Assembly (NCBI GenBank): GCA_964486045.1
Contig: CAZALK010000013.1
Location: forward strand, 46,841 to 110,840
DNA length: 64,000 bases
Source: an uncultured archaeon
GTDB taxonomy: Archaea > Asgardarchaeota > Lokiarchaeia > Sigyniarchaeales > SOKP01
Reading direction: 5' to 3'
Shown here: positions 31,045 to 41,922 of the stretch, piece after piece
How positions within the stretch are numbered: the stretch's first letter is position 1
Layout: every line of letters begins with the position of its first letter
Notes under the pieces: generated by a model
The model's input: only the letters and a program-made list of their open reading frames with translations
The model's database searches: none
What the model was told of the DNA's origin: nothing
Position numbers and translations under genes: made by a program

Positions 31045-34000
31045 ATGGTAAATATTTTCGGTTCACTTAGAAACTTCCGTGATCGCATCAGAACATCTAT
31101 AAGCATAAAGACTCGAAATGTTTTATTCTTTGTAGCAATTTTTCTTGTTGTATTTTTAGCTATTTTATTAAGACTTAGCCCAATTTTTAGAGGAACTCGG
31201 TTAATTAAAGCTTTTGATCCTTGGATTCAATGGTATAACTCGGAGTACCTATCAACACACACATTATATGAGTATTTCAATTGGCAGGATTTAAAGAGTT
31301 GGTATCCTGGGGGCTTTTATCGTGGAAGTTTGCGTCCTGGTCTAACTTTTACAGTCGTTACTATCTTCAATGTTGTTAACTTTTTTGGGCTACAAATTTC
31401 GTTATATGATATCTGCTATTTTTTCCCAGCAATTATGGGAGGTATTACAGTACTTTTGATTTATTATTTAGGAAAAGAAATGAAAGATCGCGGTACCGGA
31501 TTGATTGCTGCGTTCTTTTTAGCTTTTAATCCCGGATATATGCAACGTACCATGGCAGGATTTTTTGATAATGAAACAATTGGAGTATTTGCATCTTTAT
31601 TGACTTTCTTTTTTCTCCTAAAGGCATTGAAAACAGGTAAATTTTTCTTCGCTATTTTAGGTGGTCTTGCCCTAGGGTATTTATCTCTAAGTTGGGGTGG
31701 TTACCAATTTGTTTACTTAATTATTCCTATACTTTGTATCATTCTGATTCTCATTGATAAATATAATCATAATGTTTTAATTACTTATGCTGTAATTGAG
31801 GGAACTGGGTTATTGATATTCTCTTTGTATAAAAGTTTTCGTGTTGGTACTTTGTTCTCGGATTTAGAAATCGGGGGAATTTTTCTATTTACCATTATTT
31901 TAGTAATATTTCATATAATTCAGTCAAAGAGAAAAGATCACCCCAATTTATATAAAAACCTTATAAATGGTGTAAAGTGGGCTATAATTCCAGCAATAGT
32001 AATCGTTGCAATGATTATTTATGTTGCTCCTGATCTTATTCCTTTTGGTTTTGGTGCACGATTTCAAACTATTCTTAATCCTTTATTTCGTGAAAACATA
32101 AGCTTGGTCGCCTCTGTTGCAGAACAAATGCCGAGTCCGTGGGCTGTTTTCTACTATAATACACTAATTCCATTGATATTAACCCCTCTAGGAATTTATT
32201 TCTGTTTTAAACTTTTAAATGCTCCGGAGATATTATTAATGGCGTTTGTGCTCTTAATGTTTTATTTTACAGGAAGTATGATCCGGATTATCTTAATATT
32301 TTCCCCTGCAGTTTCTTTAATGGGCGCTTATGGATTAGTAAGTATACTTAACATTTTTGGGAGTTTTTTAGGAGAAAGAAGAGAGGGTGTTAGTAGAAAA
32401 CGTAAAAGACAATTAAAAGGAACGGTGGGGAATTCTGAAGTACTTGCTTTATTTATGATTGTCGGTTTTTTAGGAGTTGCCCAAGTCGTTCATGCAACAA
32501 ACATTTCAATAAATCAATTTTCCTTTACTCAGATTAATCCTGCGGGAGTTGTTCATGATTGGGAGGAAGTTCTGATATGGATGAGATCTAACTTACAAGG
32601 TACTGATGTTGTAGTGTCTTGGTGGGATTATGGTTATTGGCTTACCCCAATTGGCAATGTGACGACAGTAAATGATAACGCTACAATGAATCATACCAGA
32701 ATAGGTTTAACAGGTATGGCTCTAATGCAAACCGACGAGATATACAGTGCAAAAGCATTTAAAATGTTAGGTGCAGAATATGTTTTAGTCTATTTTGGTT
32801 TAATGATTACCGGCTTAGGTGGAGATGAAGGAAAATGGCCTTGGATGGTAAGGATTTGTAACGATAATTATGCACAATACAAAAAGTTAGGTATGGAAGA
32901 AGACAATTGGGAAGAAAATTCTGTATTTAAAGAAAGTGACTATCAAGATCTAACTACTGGAAGAATGGGTGAAAAATGGTTCCAGAGCCAATTAATTAGA
33001 TTGATGTTTTTTGGTGTACCAACAGATCCAAATGCCCTCGAACAAAACGATATTCGACTAACTTATGCTAATAAGATTAATAGCGACGTTACTCAAGGGG
33101 GTCAAGTATGGAAAGATTTTATTCCTAATAACGGTGCTTATGATTTCAATATATTTATACCAACCTACTTCTCTAATATGGGATTAGTTAAATTGTATAG
33201 AATAGATTATACTGTTTTAGAATCTAATTTCTTGATCCAAGATGCAAAAATATTTGATAATGGTTATGCAGTGTTCAACCTTCGAAATACAGGGACAAAG
33301 GACTTATTAATTAAAAATGTTAAGGTCAATGGAATAGATTACGATTTTAGTATGGGAGAGAGTGAAATAACGCATTTAGTAGAAGATGGTGATTCAGATA
33401 TGGTATGGGTTGATATGAAATCACAGGGAACACCTTTTCAAGAGGACGATGTTGTAGAAATTAGTGTTACCGCTGAATCCGAGGGATTAGGAGGAAAACC
33501 GTATGAATTTTCGAACAGCACAAGCAATTTCTTCGTTAAAAAAGCAGAACAAGGAGAGTTAAAAATTAATAAGAGAAATAGTAAAGTAATTCAAAAAAAT
33601 CCTACAGAGACTGAATTGTTTCTTGAAGTAGAAAATGTAGGGAATACAACTGAAATTCTTGATAGGTTTTACCTTAATGATGACATAGAAGAAAATAGAA
33701 TTGATCCAACAGATATTGAATATCTAATCGGATCATCTATATTAAATCCCGGAGATTTAGCTAGTATTCATATATCTAATGTGACTACTAACTTTTACCC
33801 AATTAGAACATACAATAAGGTTGGAGTAGCAACCCCAAATGAAATAAGAGATGAGATGTTATTTTCATCCACTAAGGAAAATTATTCTTTATCTGTCTTA
33901 AGTGATGAGAGAATTCTATCACCTGAGGTTTTAGCATCCATTGATAGTAACTACCGAAAACACATCCCCATTAACCTCAATATGACTCATGCCTATACTT

Positions 34001-34959
34001 ATGACAACGGAAGTACGATAATTAAAATTAATGTGAATAATACTGGTGATGTTATATTTGGGATAGATTCAATATACTTGACAGAATCCTTGATCGAAGT
34101 AGATTTTGCAGATTTTTACACTGAAAGCGGAAGTTTAATATTAGATCCAAATGAGGAAGATTTTATTGTCGTTGATGTAACTGATTATGCTGATTTCAGT
34201 GTAAATAATGAAATTCTAGTGAGTGTTACAGGTAGTTTTGGGACAACAACGACTTCAGATGCATTTTACGTGCATACAATAAAAGATCAAGTAGATATCC
34301 AATTAATTGAAAATATCGAGGGGACAACAACATCATACATTTATGCCAATGAAACTGGTAAATTACTAATTAAAAACACGGGAGATGAATTAATTACTAT
34401 TGATGAAATATATGTAAATTCTACGCTCACCAGTAACTTATCATATCTCTATGGAGGTCCTATTTTAGATCTACAAGAGGTTGCAATCGTATCTTTCGAT
34501 ATTGCGGGTTTAAAGATAAATCAATCAAACAATATGATAGTAAATGTTACAACCACCTCTACTGCGGAAGTAAGCGCAACATTAGATGCTTATGTCGATC
34601 ATGGATATTATGATTTAAGAATTGATGGCGCAGGTACTTCTATATTTGATATTGCAAACATGACTTTATTATTTACTAATTACGGACAACAAAATGTGAC
34701 TATTGACTCGGTTTATGTTAACAATACTTATTTACCCCTATCAAACCTATTCGTTAATTTTAAGAGCACTTGGATACCATTAACTAGTAGTAATTTAGAA
34801 GCTTTTGAATTAGGAATAGGTAATTCGATGGAATTAACCATTATTGTCGATGACCTCGAATCAATATTAGGATTCCCTATTGGTGTGAGTGACGAATTAG
34901 TAATAATTATACGATTTGAAGAAGGCGCTGAAATAAGCCATGTAGAAAGTGTTATATAA
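31045..34959 (+). CDS. aglB: Oligosaccharyltransferase AglB/STT3 with a long C-terminal extension
   Basis: FDPW, GFFDNE, SVAEQ, WWDYG, DNAT.N, DEGK motifs; multi-TM N-terminal half. Confidence 0.95.
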   Translation: MVNIFGSLRNFRDRIRTSISIKTRNVLFFVAIFLVVFLAILLRLSPIFRGTRLIKAFDPWIQWYNSEYLSTHTLYEYFNWQDLKSWYPGGFYRGSLRPGLTFTVVTIFNVVNFFGLQISLYDICYFFPAIMGGITVLLIYYLGKEMKDRGTGLIAAFFLAFNPGYMQRTMAGFFDNETIGVFASLLTFFFLLKALKTGKFFFAILGGLALGYLSLSWGGYQFVYLIIPILCIILILIDKYNHNVLITYAVIEGTGLLIFSLYKSFRVGTLFSDLEIGGIFLFTIILVIFHIIQSKRKDHPNLYKNLINGVKWAIIPAIVIVAMIIYVAPDLIPFGFGARFQTILNPLFRENISLVASVAEQMPSPWAVFYYNTLIPLILTPLGIYFCFKLLNAPEILLMAFVLLMFYFTGSMIRIILIFSPAVSLMGAYGLVSILNIFGSFLGERREGVSRKRKRQLKGTVGNSEVLALFMIVGFLGVAQVVHATNISINQFSFTQINPAGVVHDWEEVLIWMRSNLQGTDVVVSWWDYGYWLTPIGNVTTVNDNATMNHTRIGLTGMALMQTDEIYSAKAFKMLGAEYVLVYFGLMITGLGGDEGKWPWMVRICNDNYAQYKKLGMEEDNWEENSVFKESDYQDLTTGRMGEKWFQSQLIRLMFFGVPTDPNALEQNDIRLTYANKINSDVTQGGQVWKDFIPNNGAYDFNIFIPTYFSNMGLVKLYRIDYTVLESNFLIQDAKIFDNGYAVFNLRNTGTKDLLIKNVKVNGIDYDFSMGESEITHLVEDGDSDMVWVDMKSQGTPFQEDDVVEISVTAESEGLGGKPYEFSNSTSNFFVKKAEQGELKINKRNSKVIQKNPTETELFLEVENVGNTTEILDRFYLNDDIEENRIDPTDIEYLIGSSILNPGDLASIHISNVTTNFYPIRTYNKVGVATPNEIRDEMLFSSTKENYSLSVLSDERILSPEVLASIDSNYRKHIPINLNMTHAYTYDNGSTIIKINVNNTGDVIFGIDSIYLTESLIEVDFADFYTESGSLILDPNEEDFIVVDVTDYADFSVNNEILVSVTGSFGTTTTSDAFYVHTIKDQVDIQLIENIEGTTTSYIYANETGKLLIKNTGDELITIDEIYVNSTLTSNLSYLYGGPILDLQEVAIVSFDIAGLKINQSNNMIVNVTTTSTAEVSATLDAYVDHGYYDLRIDGAGTSIFDIANMTLLFTNYGQQNVTIDSVYVNNTYLPLSNLFVNFKSTWIPLTSSNLEAFELGIGNSMELTIIVDDLESILGFPIGVSDELVIIIRFEEGAEISHVESVI

Positions 34960-35097
34960 TATTCTTAAAAAAAAATCTAATATATTTTTATTTCATTTTT
35001 TTTTCGAAAAAATCAAAATATACTATTCATTAGAATATTCATAGACTTATCTCCTATATATTGGACCTAGTCTTAAAATAAAATTAAAAAACAATAT

Positions 35098-37116
35098 TTG
35101 AAACCAATCATGAGCATAGGCTTTCAACTCCACACAAATTTTAAACCCTCAGGAGATCAACCTTTAGCAATTTCTAAACTAGCTAAGAATATCAGAGAGG
35201 GAAAATGCTTTCAAACTTTATTAGGTGCTACTGGTACTGGGAAAACTTTTACAATTGCCAATATTATTCAAGAGATCCAAAGACCCACATTAGTAATGGC
35301 ACCTAACAAAACATTGTCCGCACAGTTGTATAATGAGCTTAAGGAATTATTCCCAAACAATGCAATCCATTATTTTGTTTCTTATTATGATTATTATCAG
35401 CCAGAAGCGTACATGCCGGTTTCAGGTCTCTATATTGAAAAAGATTTCTCTGTAAATGAGGAGATAGAAAGGTTAAGGTTAGCATCTGCTCACGCAATAA
35501 GAACAAGAAAAGATGTTATAATTGTTGCTACGGTTTCATGTATTTATGGTGTTGGAGATCCAGAATACTGGGAATCTGTAACCCTTTATGTAGAAACTGG
35601 TCAGACAATTAAAAGATCAGAAATTCTTTCCAGTTTAATAAAGATAAATTATGAAAGAAAAAGCATAGAATTTAAACCAGGTTCAGTTAGAGTAAAAGGA
35701 GATATTATAGATATTTTCCCTGCGTACACTGAAATTGCGATACGAATTTCGATGTTTGGAGATGAAATAGAATCGATACAAGAAATACACCCGATATCTA
35801 ATAGAGTATTAAGAGAATTACCGAATTACAGAGTGTTTCCTGCCACACATTTTATGATCCCAGAGGAGAACAAAATTAAAGCTCTGCAATTAATTGAAAA
35901 AGAATTAGAAGAGAGAATAGAATTTTTTAAGAAACAAAAGCTATGGGCAGAGGCTCAGAGAATTGAAAGGAGGGTCAAATTTGATTTAGAGATGATACGG
36001 GAAATGGGGTGGTGTAAGGGTGTTGAAAATTATTCTAGACCGCTTTCTTTAAGGGCTCCTGGAACACCCCCAATGACATTGATTGATTATTTTCCTGAAG
36101 ATTTTTTAATTGTAGTAGATGAAAGTCATGTAACTATCCCCCAGATACATGGAATGATTGGAGGGGATCGCTCACGCAAAAAAAACCTTGTTGAATTCGG
36201 CTGGCGCTTACCAAGTGCAATTGATAATCGCCCTCTTACATTTGAAGAATGGGAAAGTAAAATCAAAAAAATCATCTTTATGAGCGCTACGCCTGGAAGT
36301 TATGAAATCAAGAAGAGTAATGGCATTTCTGCAGAACAAATTATCAGACCTACAGGATTAGTAGATCCTGAAGTAGAAATTCGACCTGCAAAAAATCAAA
36401 TCGATGATTTATTAGGTGAAATAAGAAAAGTTGTTGCAAATAATGGTAGAGTGCTCATTACGACTCTTACAAAGAGAATGTCAGAAGATATTGCAGAATA
36501 TTATACCAAATTAGGAGTAAAAATCGCCTACTTACATTCAGAAGTAGATACAGTAGAACGATTTGAAATTTTAAGGCATTTAAGAGACGGGACTCATGAT
36601 GTGATCGTAGGAATAAACCTTCTGAGAGAGGGATTAGATTTACCAGAAGTTAAATTAGTCGCGATATTAGATGCTGATAAACTTGGATTTTTACGCGATA
36701 AACGCTCTTTAATTCAAACAATAGGAAGAGCTTCAAGAAATGTAGAAGGGAGAGCAATATTATACGCTGACAAAGTATCTATTGCAATGAAAGCGGCTAT
36801 TGATGAAACAAATAGAAGAAGGGAAAAACAAACTAAATTTAATGAAACGCATGGAATAACCCCTCAAACTATAAAAAAAAATATATTACAATCTCTATCA
36901 GAGGAACATAAATATAATGAGAGAGAAGTTAAAAAATTAAAGCAAAAAGTAAAATCTAAGATTGATGAGTTAGAAAAAGAAGGAGATATGGAAGTAGTGA
37001 TCGAATATCTTGAAAATAAAATGTTTATGGCTGCTAAAGAACTTCGATTTGAAGATGCAGCTTATTTGCGTGATAGAATAAAGGATATAAAACAAACTTA
37101 TAAAATAACAACATGA
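35098..37116 (+). CDS. uvrB: Excinuclease ABC subunit B
   Basis: GATGTGKT, YYDYYQPEAY, DESH, GINLLREGLD, FEDAA.LRD. Confidence 0.98.
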   Translation: MKPIMSIGFQLHTNFKPSGDQPLAISKLAKNIREGKCFQTLLGATGTGKTFTIANIIQEIQRPTLVMAPNKTLSAQLYNELKELFPNNAIHYFVSYYDYYQPEAYMPVSGLYIEKDFSVNEEIERLRLASAHAIRTRKDVIIVATVSCIYGVGDPEYWESVTLYVETGQTIKRSEILSSLIKINYERKSIEFKPGSVRVKGDIIDIFPAYTEIAIRISMFGDEIESIQEIHPISNRVLRELPNYRVFPATHFMIPEENKIKALQLIEKELEERIEFFKKQKLWAEAQRIERRVKFDLEMIREMGWCKGVENYSRPLSLRAPGTPPMTLIDYFPEDFLIVVDESHVTIPQIHGMIGGDRSRKKNLVEFGWRLPSAIDNRPLTFEEWESKIKKIIFMSATPGSYEIKKSNGISAEQIIRPTGLVDPEVEIRPAKNQIDDLLGEIRKVVANNGRVLITTLTKRMSEDIAEYYTKLGVKIAYLHSEVDTVERFEILRHLRDGTHDVIVGINLLREGLDLPEVKLVAILDADKLGFLRDKRSLIQTIGRASRNVEGRAILYADKVSIAMKAAIDETNRRREKQTKFNETHGITPQTIKKNILQSLSEEHKYNEREVKKLKQKVKSKIDELEKEGDMEVVIEYLENKMFMAAKELRFEDAAYLRDRIKDIKQTYKITT

Positions 37117-37136
37117 AATTTATCCATCATTATTAA

Positions 37137-40031
37137 TTGACAAAGTTAGGAAAAAATATGAACGAGAACGCTATCATTATTAAGGGAGCTAGACAAAATA
37201 ACCTTAAAAACATTGACGTTATCATTCCTCGAAATAAATTAATTGTAATGACAGGAATTAGTGGGAGTGGGAAGTCTAGTTTAGCAATGGACACTTTATA
37301 TGCAGAGGGACAAAGAAGATTCTTAGAATCATTGTCAAGTTATGCAAGACAATTCTTAGGTGAGATGGATAAACCTGATGTTGATTCAATTGAAGGATTG
37401 TCTCCTGCAATAGCAATTGAGCAAAAATCACTATCTAAAAATCCAAGGAGTACTGTAGGAACAGTCACTGAGATCTATGATTATTATAGACTATTATTTG
37501 CTAATATTGGAATACCTCATTGCCCTACTTGCGGAAAAGAAATAAGACCTCAAACCCCACAACAAATTATCCAAATTGTTTTAAATTCTATTAAGGCAAA
37601 TCAAAAGTTTCTGATAAAAGCTCCAGTTATCAGGGATCGAAAGGGAGAGTACAAAGAGCTCCTTCAGGATTTGAAAAAACAAGGCTATGTAAGAGTAGAA
37701 ATTGATGGAATTCAATATACATTAGATGAACAGATATCCATGGAAAAAAATATCAAACATAATATTAATGTAATTATTGATAGGTTAGTGATGGGTGGAG
37801 AAATTAAAACTAGGCTAGCTGATTCCATCGAAACTGCCTTAGAACTAACAGATGGCTTAGTTATTATTGAAGTTATTGACAAAGGAGTGCAAATTTATTC
37901 AGAACATCTTGCCTGCATTGATTGTAAAACATCATTTCCACCATTAGACCACAAAATGTTTTCATTCAATATTCCTCATGGGAGTTGCAAATATTGCAGC
38001 GGGTTAGGTACAGTTATGGAATTTGATCATAGTTTAATAATAGGAAACGATTTAACTGTTCCACTTAAAGAAACTCCAATCAGAAATATTCCCGGATTTG
38101 GATCTTTAGATGGATATTCTTGGCAATCCATTATTCAGGTAGCTAAACATTACGGATTTAATGCTAATAAATCTCCACTTCAAGATATTAAACCTGCTAA
38201 ACTCCAAAAAATATTGTTTGGTTCCAAAGATGAAGCAATTAAATTTCATTTTGAAAGTAACGGAAATGATTTTAAAAATCAGAATGGAGAACATAAATCA
38301 TCTTGGGACGTAGCTAGACCTTTTGAAGGTGTGATTCCTTTGTTACATAGAAGGTACATGGAAACTCACTCTGATTGGGCTCGTGATACGTATGAAAATT
38401 TTATGAATCGTATCGATTGTCCACAATGCAAAGGAAAAAGGTTAAGGCCAGAAAGCTTATCCGTAACTATTAATAAATTGAATATAGCACAATTAACTGA
38501 TATGGCTGTGAAAAAATCTGTCAAATTTTTTAACTCGTTACAGCTAAGTGAGACTGAGGTATCAATAGTAAAAGATATTATGAAAGAAATTTTTGATAGA
38601 TTGTCGTTTCTAGACAATGTAGGGTTGGATTATATTTCATTAAGTCGCCGTTCGGATACACTATCGGTTGGAGAAGCAGAAAGAATTAGATTAGCAACTC
38701 AATTAGGTTCGAGCTTGGTAGGTATATTATATGTTTTAGATGAACCAAGTGTTGGTTTACATCAAAGAGATATAAATCGTCTCATAAGTATGTTGAAAAA
38801 ATTAAGAGATTTGGGCAATACCGTCATTGTGGTCGAACATGATGAAGCAATAATGCAAAATGCGGATCACATTATTGATTTAGGGCCTTTAGCTGGTGCT
38901 CACGGTGGGGAAATAGTAGCTGAAGGGACATTGGAAGATATTGCAAAATCAGATACGCTAACGGGAAAATATCTTTCAGGTAGAGAAAAAATAAAAATCC
39001 CAAAAAATCGTCGTATATCAACTAATGAAAATCTTGAGATCTTAGGAGCACGAGAGAATAACCTCAAGAACATAGATGTAAAAATTCCTTTAGGGCTATT
39101 TACTTGTGTAACTGGTGTTTCAGGGGCGGGTAAAACTAGCCTAATTATAGAATGCTTATATAAAGGATTACATAATCTGATAAATACACGTAGTTCCAAA
39201 ATAAAAAAAGGAGATTTTGACACCATCAAAGGGTATGACAAAATAGATAAAATCATAAATATTGATCAATCTCCAATAGGAAGAACTCCAAGATCTGTAC
39301 CGGCGACATATACAAAAGCTTTAGATTACATTAGAGATCTTTTTGCTGGATTGATAGAATCTAGAGAAAGAGGGTATAAAAAAGGCAGATTTAGTTTTAA
39401 TACTAAAGCGGGGCATTGCAAAAAATGTAAAGGTACTGGATATATACTCAAAGAAATGTATTTCTTACCGGATGTATATCTTAAATGTGATTTATGTAAA
39501 GAAAAAAGATATAATGCAGAAACTTTGGAAATAAAGTATAAAGAGAAAACGATTTCAGATGTTTTAAAAATGACATTCAATCAAGCATTAGAATTTTTTG
39601 AAAATATTCCAAAGTTAAAAAGAACCTTAAAGACTGTAGTAGATGTAGGGTTGGGATATTTAGAACTAGGTCAATCATCAACTACATTGAGTGGGGGAGA
39701 ATCCCAAAGATTAAAAATTGCCCGAGAACTAAGAAAAACTAGTACAGGAAACACTTTATATATTTTAGATGAACCAACAACAGGTTTACATATGTATGAT
39801 ATTCAATTTTTAATTAATGTTTTACAAAAATTAGTAGATATAGGAAATACCGTTATTATTATTGAACATAACATGGATATTATAAAATCTGTTGATTACA
39901 TTATTGATCTTGGACTTGAAGGTGGAGAGAAAGGGGGGGATATTGTTACAATGGGCACTCCTGAAGAAATAATTAAAAATAACCATTCTTATACTGCCGA
40001 ATATTTAATTAGATATCTAAATAACAATTAA
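37137..40031 (+). CDS. uvrA: Excinuclease ABC subunit A
   Basis: GARQNNLKN, GSGKSSLA, two ABC modules, Zn fingers, LSGGESQR. Confidence 0.98.
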   Translation: MTKLGKNMNENAIIIKGARQNNLKNIDVIIPRNKLIVMTGISGSGKSSLAMDTLYAEGQRRFLESLSSYARQFLGEMDKPDVDSIEGLSPAIAIEQKSLSKNPRSTVGTVTEIYDYYRLLFANIGIPHCPTCGKEIRPQTPQQIIQIVLNSIKANQKFLIKAPVIRDRKGEYKELLQDLKKQGYVRVEIDGIQYTLDEQISMEKNIKHNINVIIDRLVMGGEIKTRLADSIETALELTDGLVIIEVIDKGVQIYSEHLACIDCKTSFPPLDHKMFSFNIPHGSCKYCSGLGTVMEFDHSLIIGNDLTVPLKETPIRNIPGFGSLDGYSWQSIIQVAKHYGFNANKSPLQDIKPAKLQKILFGSKDEAIKFHFESNGNDFKNQNGEHKSSWDVARPFEGVIPLLHRRYMETHSDWARDTYENFMNRIDCPQCKGKRLRPESLSVTINKLNIAQLTDMAVKKSVKFFNSLQLSETEVSIVKDIMKEIFDRLSFLDNVGLDYISLSRRSDTLSVGEAERIRLATQLGSSLVGILYVLDEPSVGLHQRDINRLISMLKKLRDLGNTVIVVEHDEAIMQNADHIIDLGPLAGAHGGEIVAEGTLEDIAKSDTLTGKYLSGREKIKIPKNRRISTNENLEILGARENNLKNIDVKIPLGLFTCVTGVSGAGKTSLIIECLYKGLHNLINTRSSKIKKGDFDTIKGYDKIDKIINIDQSPIGRTPRSVPATYTKALDYIRDLFAGLIESRERGYKKGRFSFNTKAGHCKKCKGTGYILKEMYFLPDVYLKCDLCKEKRYNAETLEIKYKEKTISDVLKMTFNQALEFFENIPKLKRTLKTVVDVGLGYLELGQSSTTLSGGESQRLKIARELRKTSTGNTLYILDEPTTGLHMYDIQFLINVLQKLVDIGNTVIIIEHNMDIIKSVDYIIDLGLEGGEKGGDIVTMGTPEEIIKNNHSYTAEYLIRYLNNN

Positions 40032-40116
40032 TTTTTAAAACTAAACTTAAACATAATTCAACATTTATGTAAATATTCATTAATATTTATTAATTAATTT
40101 AGATTCGTGATATCGT

Positions 40117-41922
40117 ATGGCAGAAGTTGAAGGGAAGATAATTAGAGCACCTATTACCTGCATATTGGGTCATATAGATCACGGTAAAACAACTATTCTT
40201 GATTATATTAGAGGAACCGTAGTCCAGCAAAGAGAAGCCGCTGGAATTACCCAACATATAGGTGCATCTTATTTTCCAACCGAAGATATTAAAATATTTT
40301 TAAGCAAATCTAAACAAGAATTCGCAGAAAAAGATATTAAACTCCCAGGAATATTAGTAATTGATACACCTGGACACGCAGCTTTTTTAAATCTTCGACG
40401 TCGTGGTGGAGCTGTAGCAGATATAGCAATATTAGTAATTGATGTAACTGCAGGGACTATGCCAATAACCTGGGAATCTGTAAGAATTTTAAAAGAGAGA
40501 AAAACACCTTTTATAATAGCAGCAAATAAAATAGACAGAATTTTTGGATGGAAGTCAAAAAAAGATGCAGATTTTTTAGATTCATACAATACTCAAGCAC
40601 CCCATGTTAAAGACTTCCTGGATGAAAAAATTCTTCAAATAATGGGAAATTTCTTAGAAGAGGGATATAAGGGGATAGAGAGATACGATAAAATAAAAGA
40701 TTTTACAAAACAAATCGCAATTGTGCCTACAAGTGGGAAAACTGGTGAGGGGATTTCTACTCTCTTGCTGGTTTTGATGGGATTAGTTCAGCAATTTTTA
40801 ACAAAAAATTTGAAGTTTTCTGAAGGACCAGCTAAAGGTGTGGTTTTGGAAGTTAAAAAGGAGAAAGGACAAGGAAAAACTATGGATGTATTGATCTACG
40901 ATGGTATTATTAATAAGGGCGACGAATTTATCGTAGGGGGATTAGAAAAACCAATAAAATCAAAAGTAAGAGCGTTGTTAATTCCAAAACCATTAGACGA
41001 GATAAGAGATCCTAGACAAAAATTTGATTCAGTTGATTTTGTAGCAGCAGCGGCAGGAATTAAAATTCTTTCACCAAATATCGATGATGTTGTAGCAGGA
41101 TCCCCTTTTAGGGGGATTGGAGATCCTTCTGAAGAATCTGTGATATATAAAGAAGTTGAATCTGAAGTAGAAAGCATTCGTATTAAAACTGACAAAGCTG
41201 GGGTTGTTTTAAAAGCAGATACTTTAGGATCTCTTGAAGCATTAGAAAATTATTTTTCTAAGAATGATATTAAAATCAGCATTGCCGATGTAGGACCAAT
41301 TAAAAAAGAAGATATAATCAATGCTAATATTGTAAAAGAATTTGACCCATACTCTGCGACCGTACTTGGATTTAATGTTCCGATACTTCCTGAAGCAAAT
41401 GAACAAGCACTTATTGATAACATCCGGATTTTTACTAATAATGTTATTTATCGATTATTAGAAGATTATATTGAATATGCTGATACAAGAAAAGCGGAAG
41501 ATACTGCTAAAGGACTAAGCGAATTAATACAACCTGCAAAACTAAAAATGATTCCAGATTTTATCTTTAGAAATTCAAATCCAGCTGTATTCGGTGTAAA
41601 AGTTGAATCTGGAACTTTGTATCCAAAGGTACCTCTGATCACTGGAGAGGGAAAAAGAATCAAAAGAATCCATCAAATTCAAGACAAAGGACAAACTGTA
41701 GAAAAAGCTTTGGTGGGAACGGAAGTTGCAATTTCTATTCGAGGTATCGAAATAGGAAGAGAAATTGGAAATGATGAAACTCTTTTTGTAAATGTCCCAG
41801 AATCCCATGTAAGGCAATTTATGGGAAAATTCAGTGACGAACTGACCACAAATCAAAAACAAGTTCTTAGAGAATTCGTCATTTTAATGCGAAAGACGAC
41901 GCATCCTTGGTGGGGTATGTGA
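40117..41922 (+). CDS. infB: Translation initiation factor aIF5B (IF-2)
   Basis: GHIDHGKTT, GITQHIGA, DTPGH, NKID, KADTLGSLEAL. Confidence 0.97.
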   Translation: MAEVEGKIIRAPITCILGHIDHGKTTILDYIRGTVVQQREAAGITQHIGASYFPTEDIKIFLSKSKQEFAEKDIKLPGILVIDTPGHAAFLNLRRRGGAVADIAILVIDVTAGTMPITWESVRILKERKTPFIIAANKIDRIFGWKSKKDADFLDSYNTQAPHVKDFLDEKILQIMGNFLEEGYKGIERYDKIKDFTKQIAIVPTSGKTGEGISTLLLVLMGLVQQFLTKNLKFSEGPAKGVVLEVKKEKGQGKTMDVLIYDGIINKGDEFIVGGLEKPIKSKVRALLIPKPLDEIRDPRQKFDSVDFVAAAAGIKILSPNIDDVVAGSPFRGIGDPSEESVIYKEVESEVESIRIKTDKAGVVLKADTLGSLEALENYFSKNDIKISIADVGPIKKEDIINANIVKEFDPYSATVLGFNVPILPEANEQALIDNIRIFTNNVIYRLLEDYIEYADTRKAEDTAKGLSELIQPAKLKMIPDFIFRNSNPAVFGVKVESGTLYPKVPLITGEGKRIKRIHQIQDKGQTVEKALVGTEVAISIRGIEIGREIGNDETLFVNVPESHVRQFMGKFSDELTTNQKQVLREFVILMRKTTHPWWGM

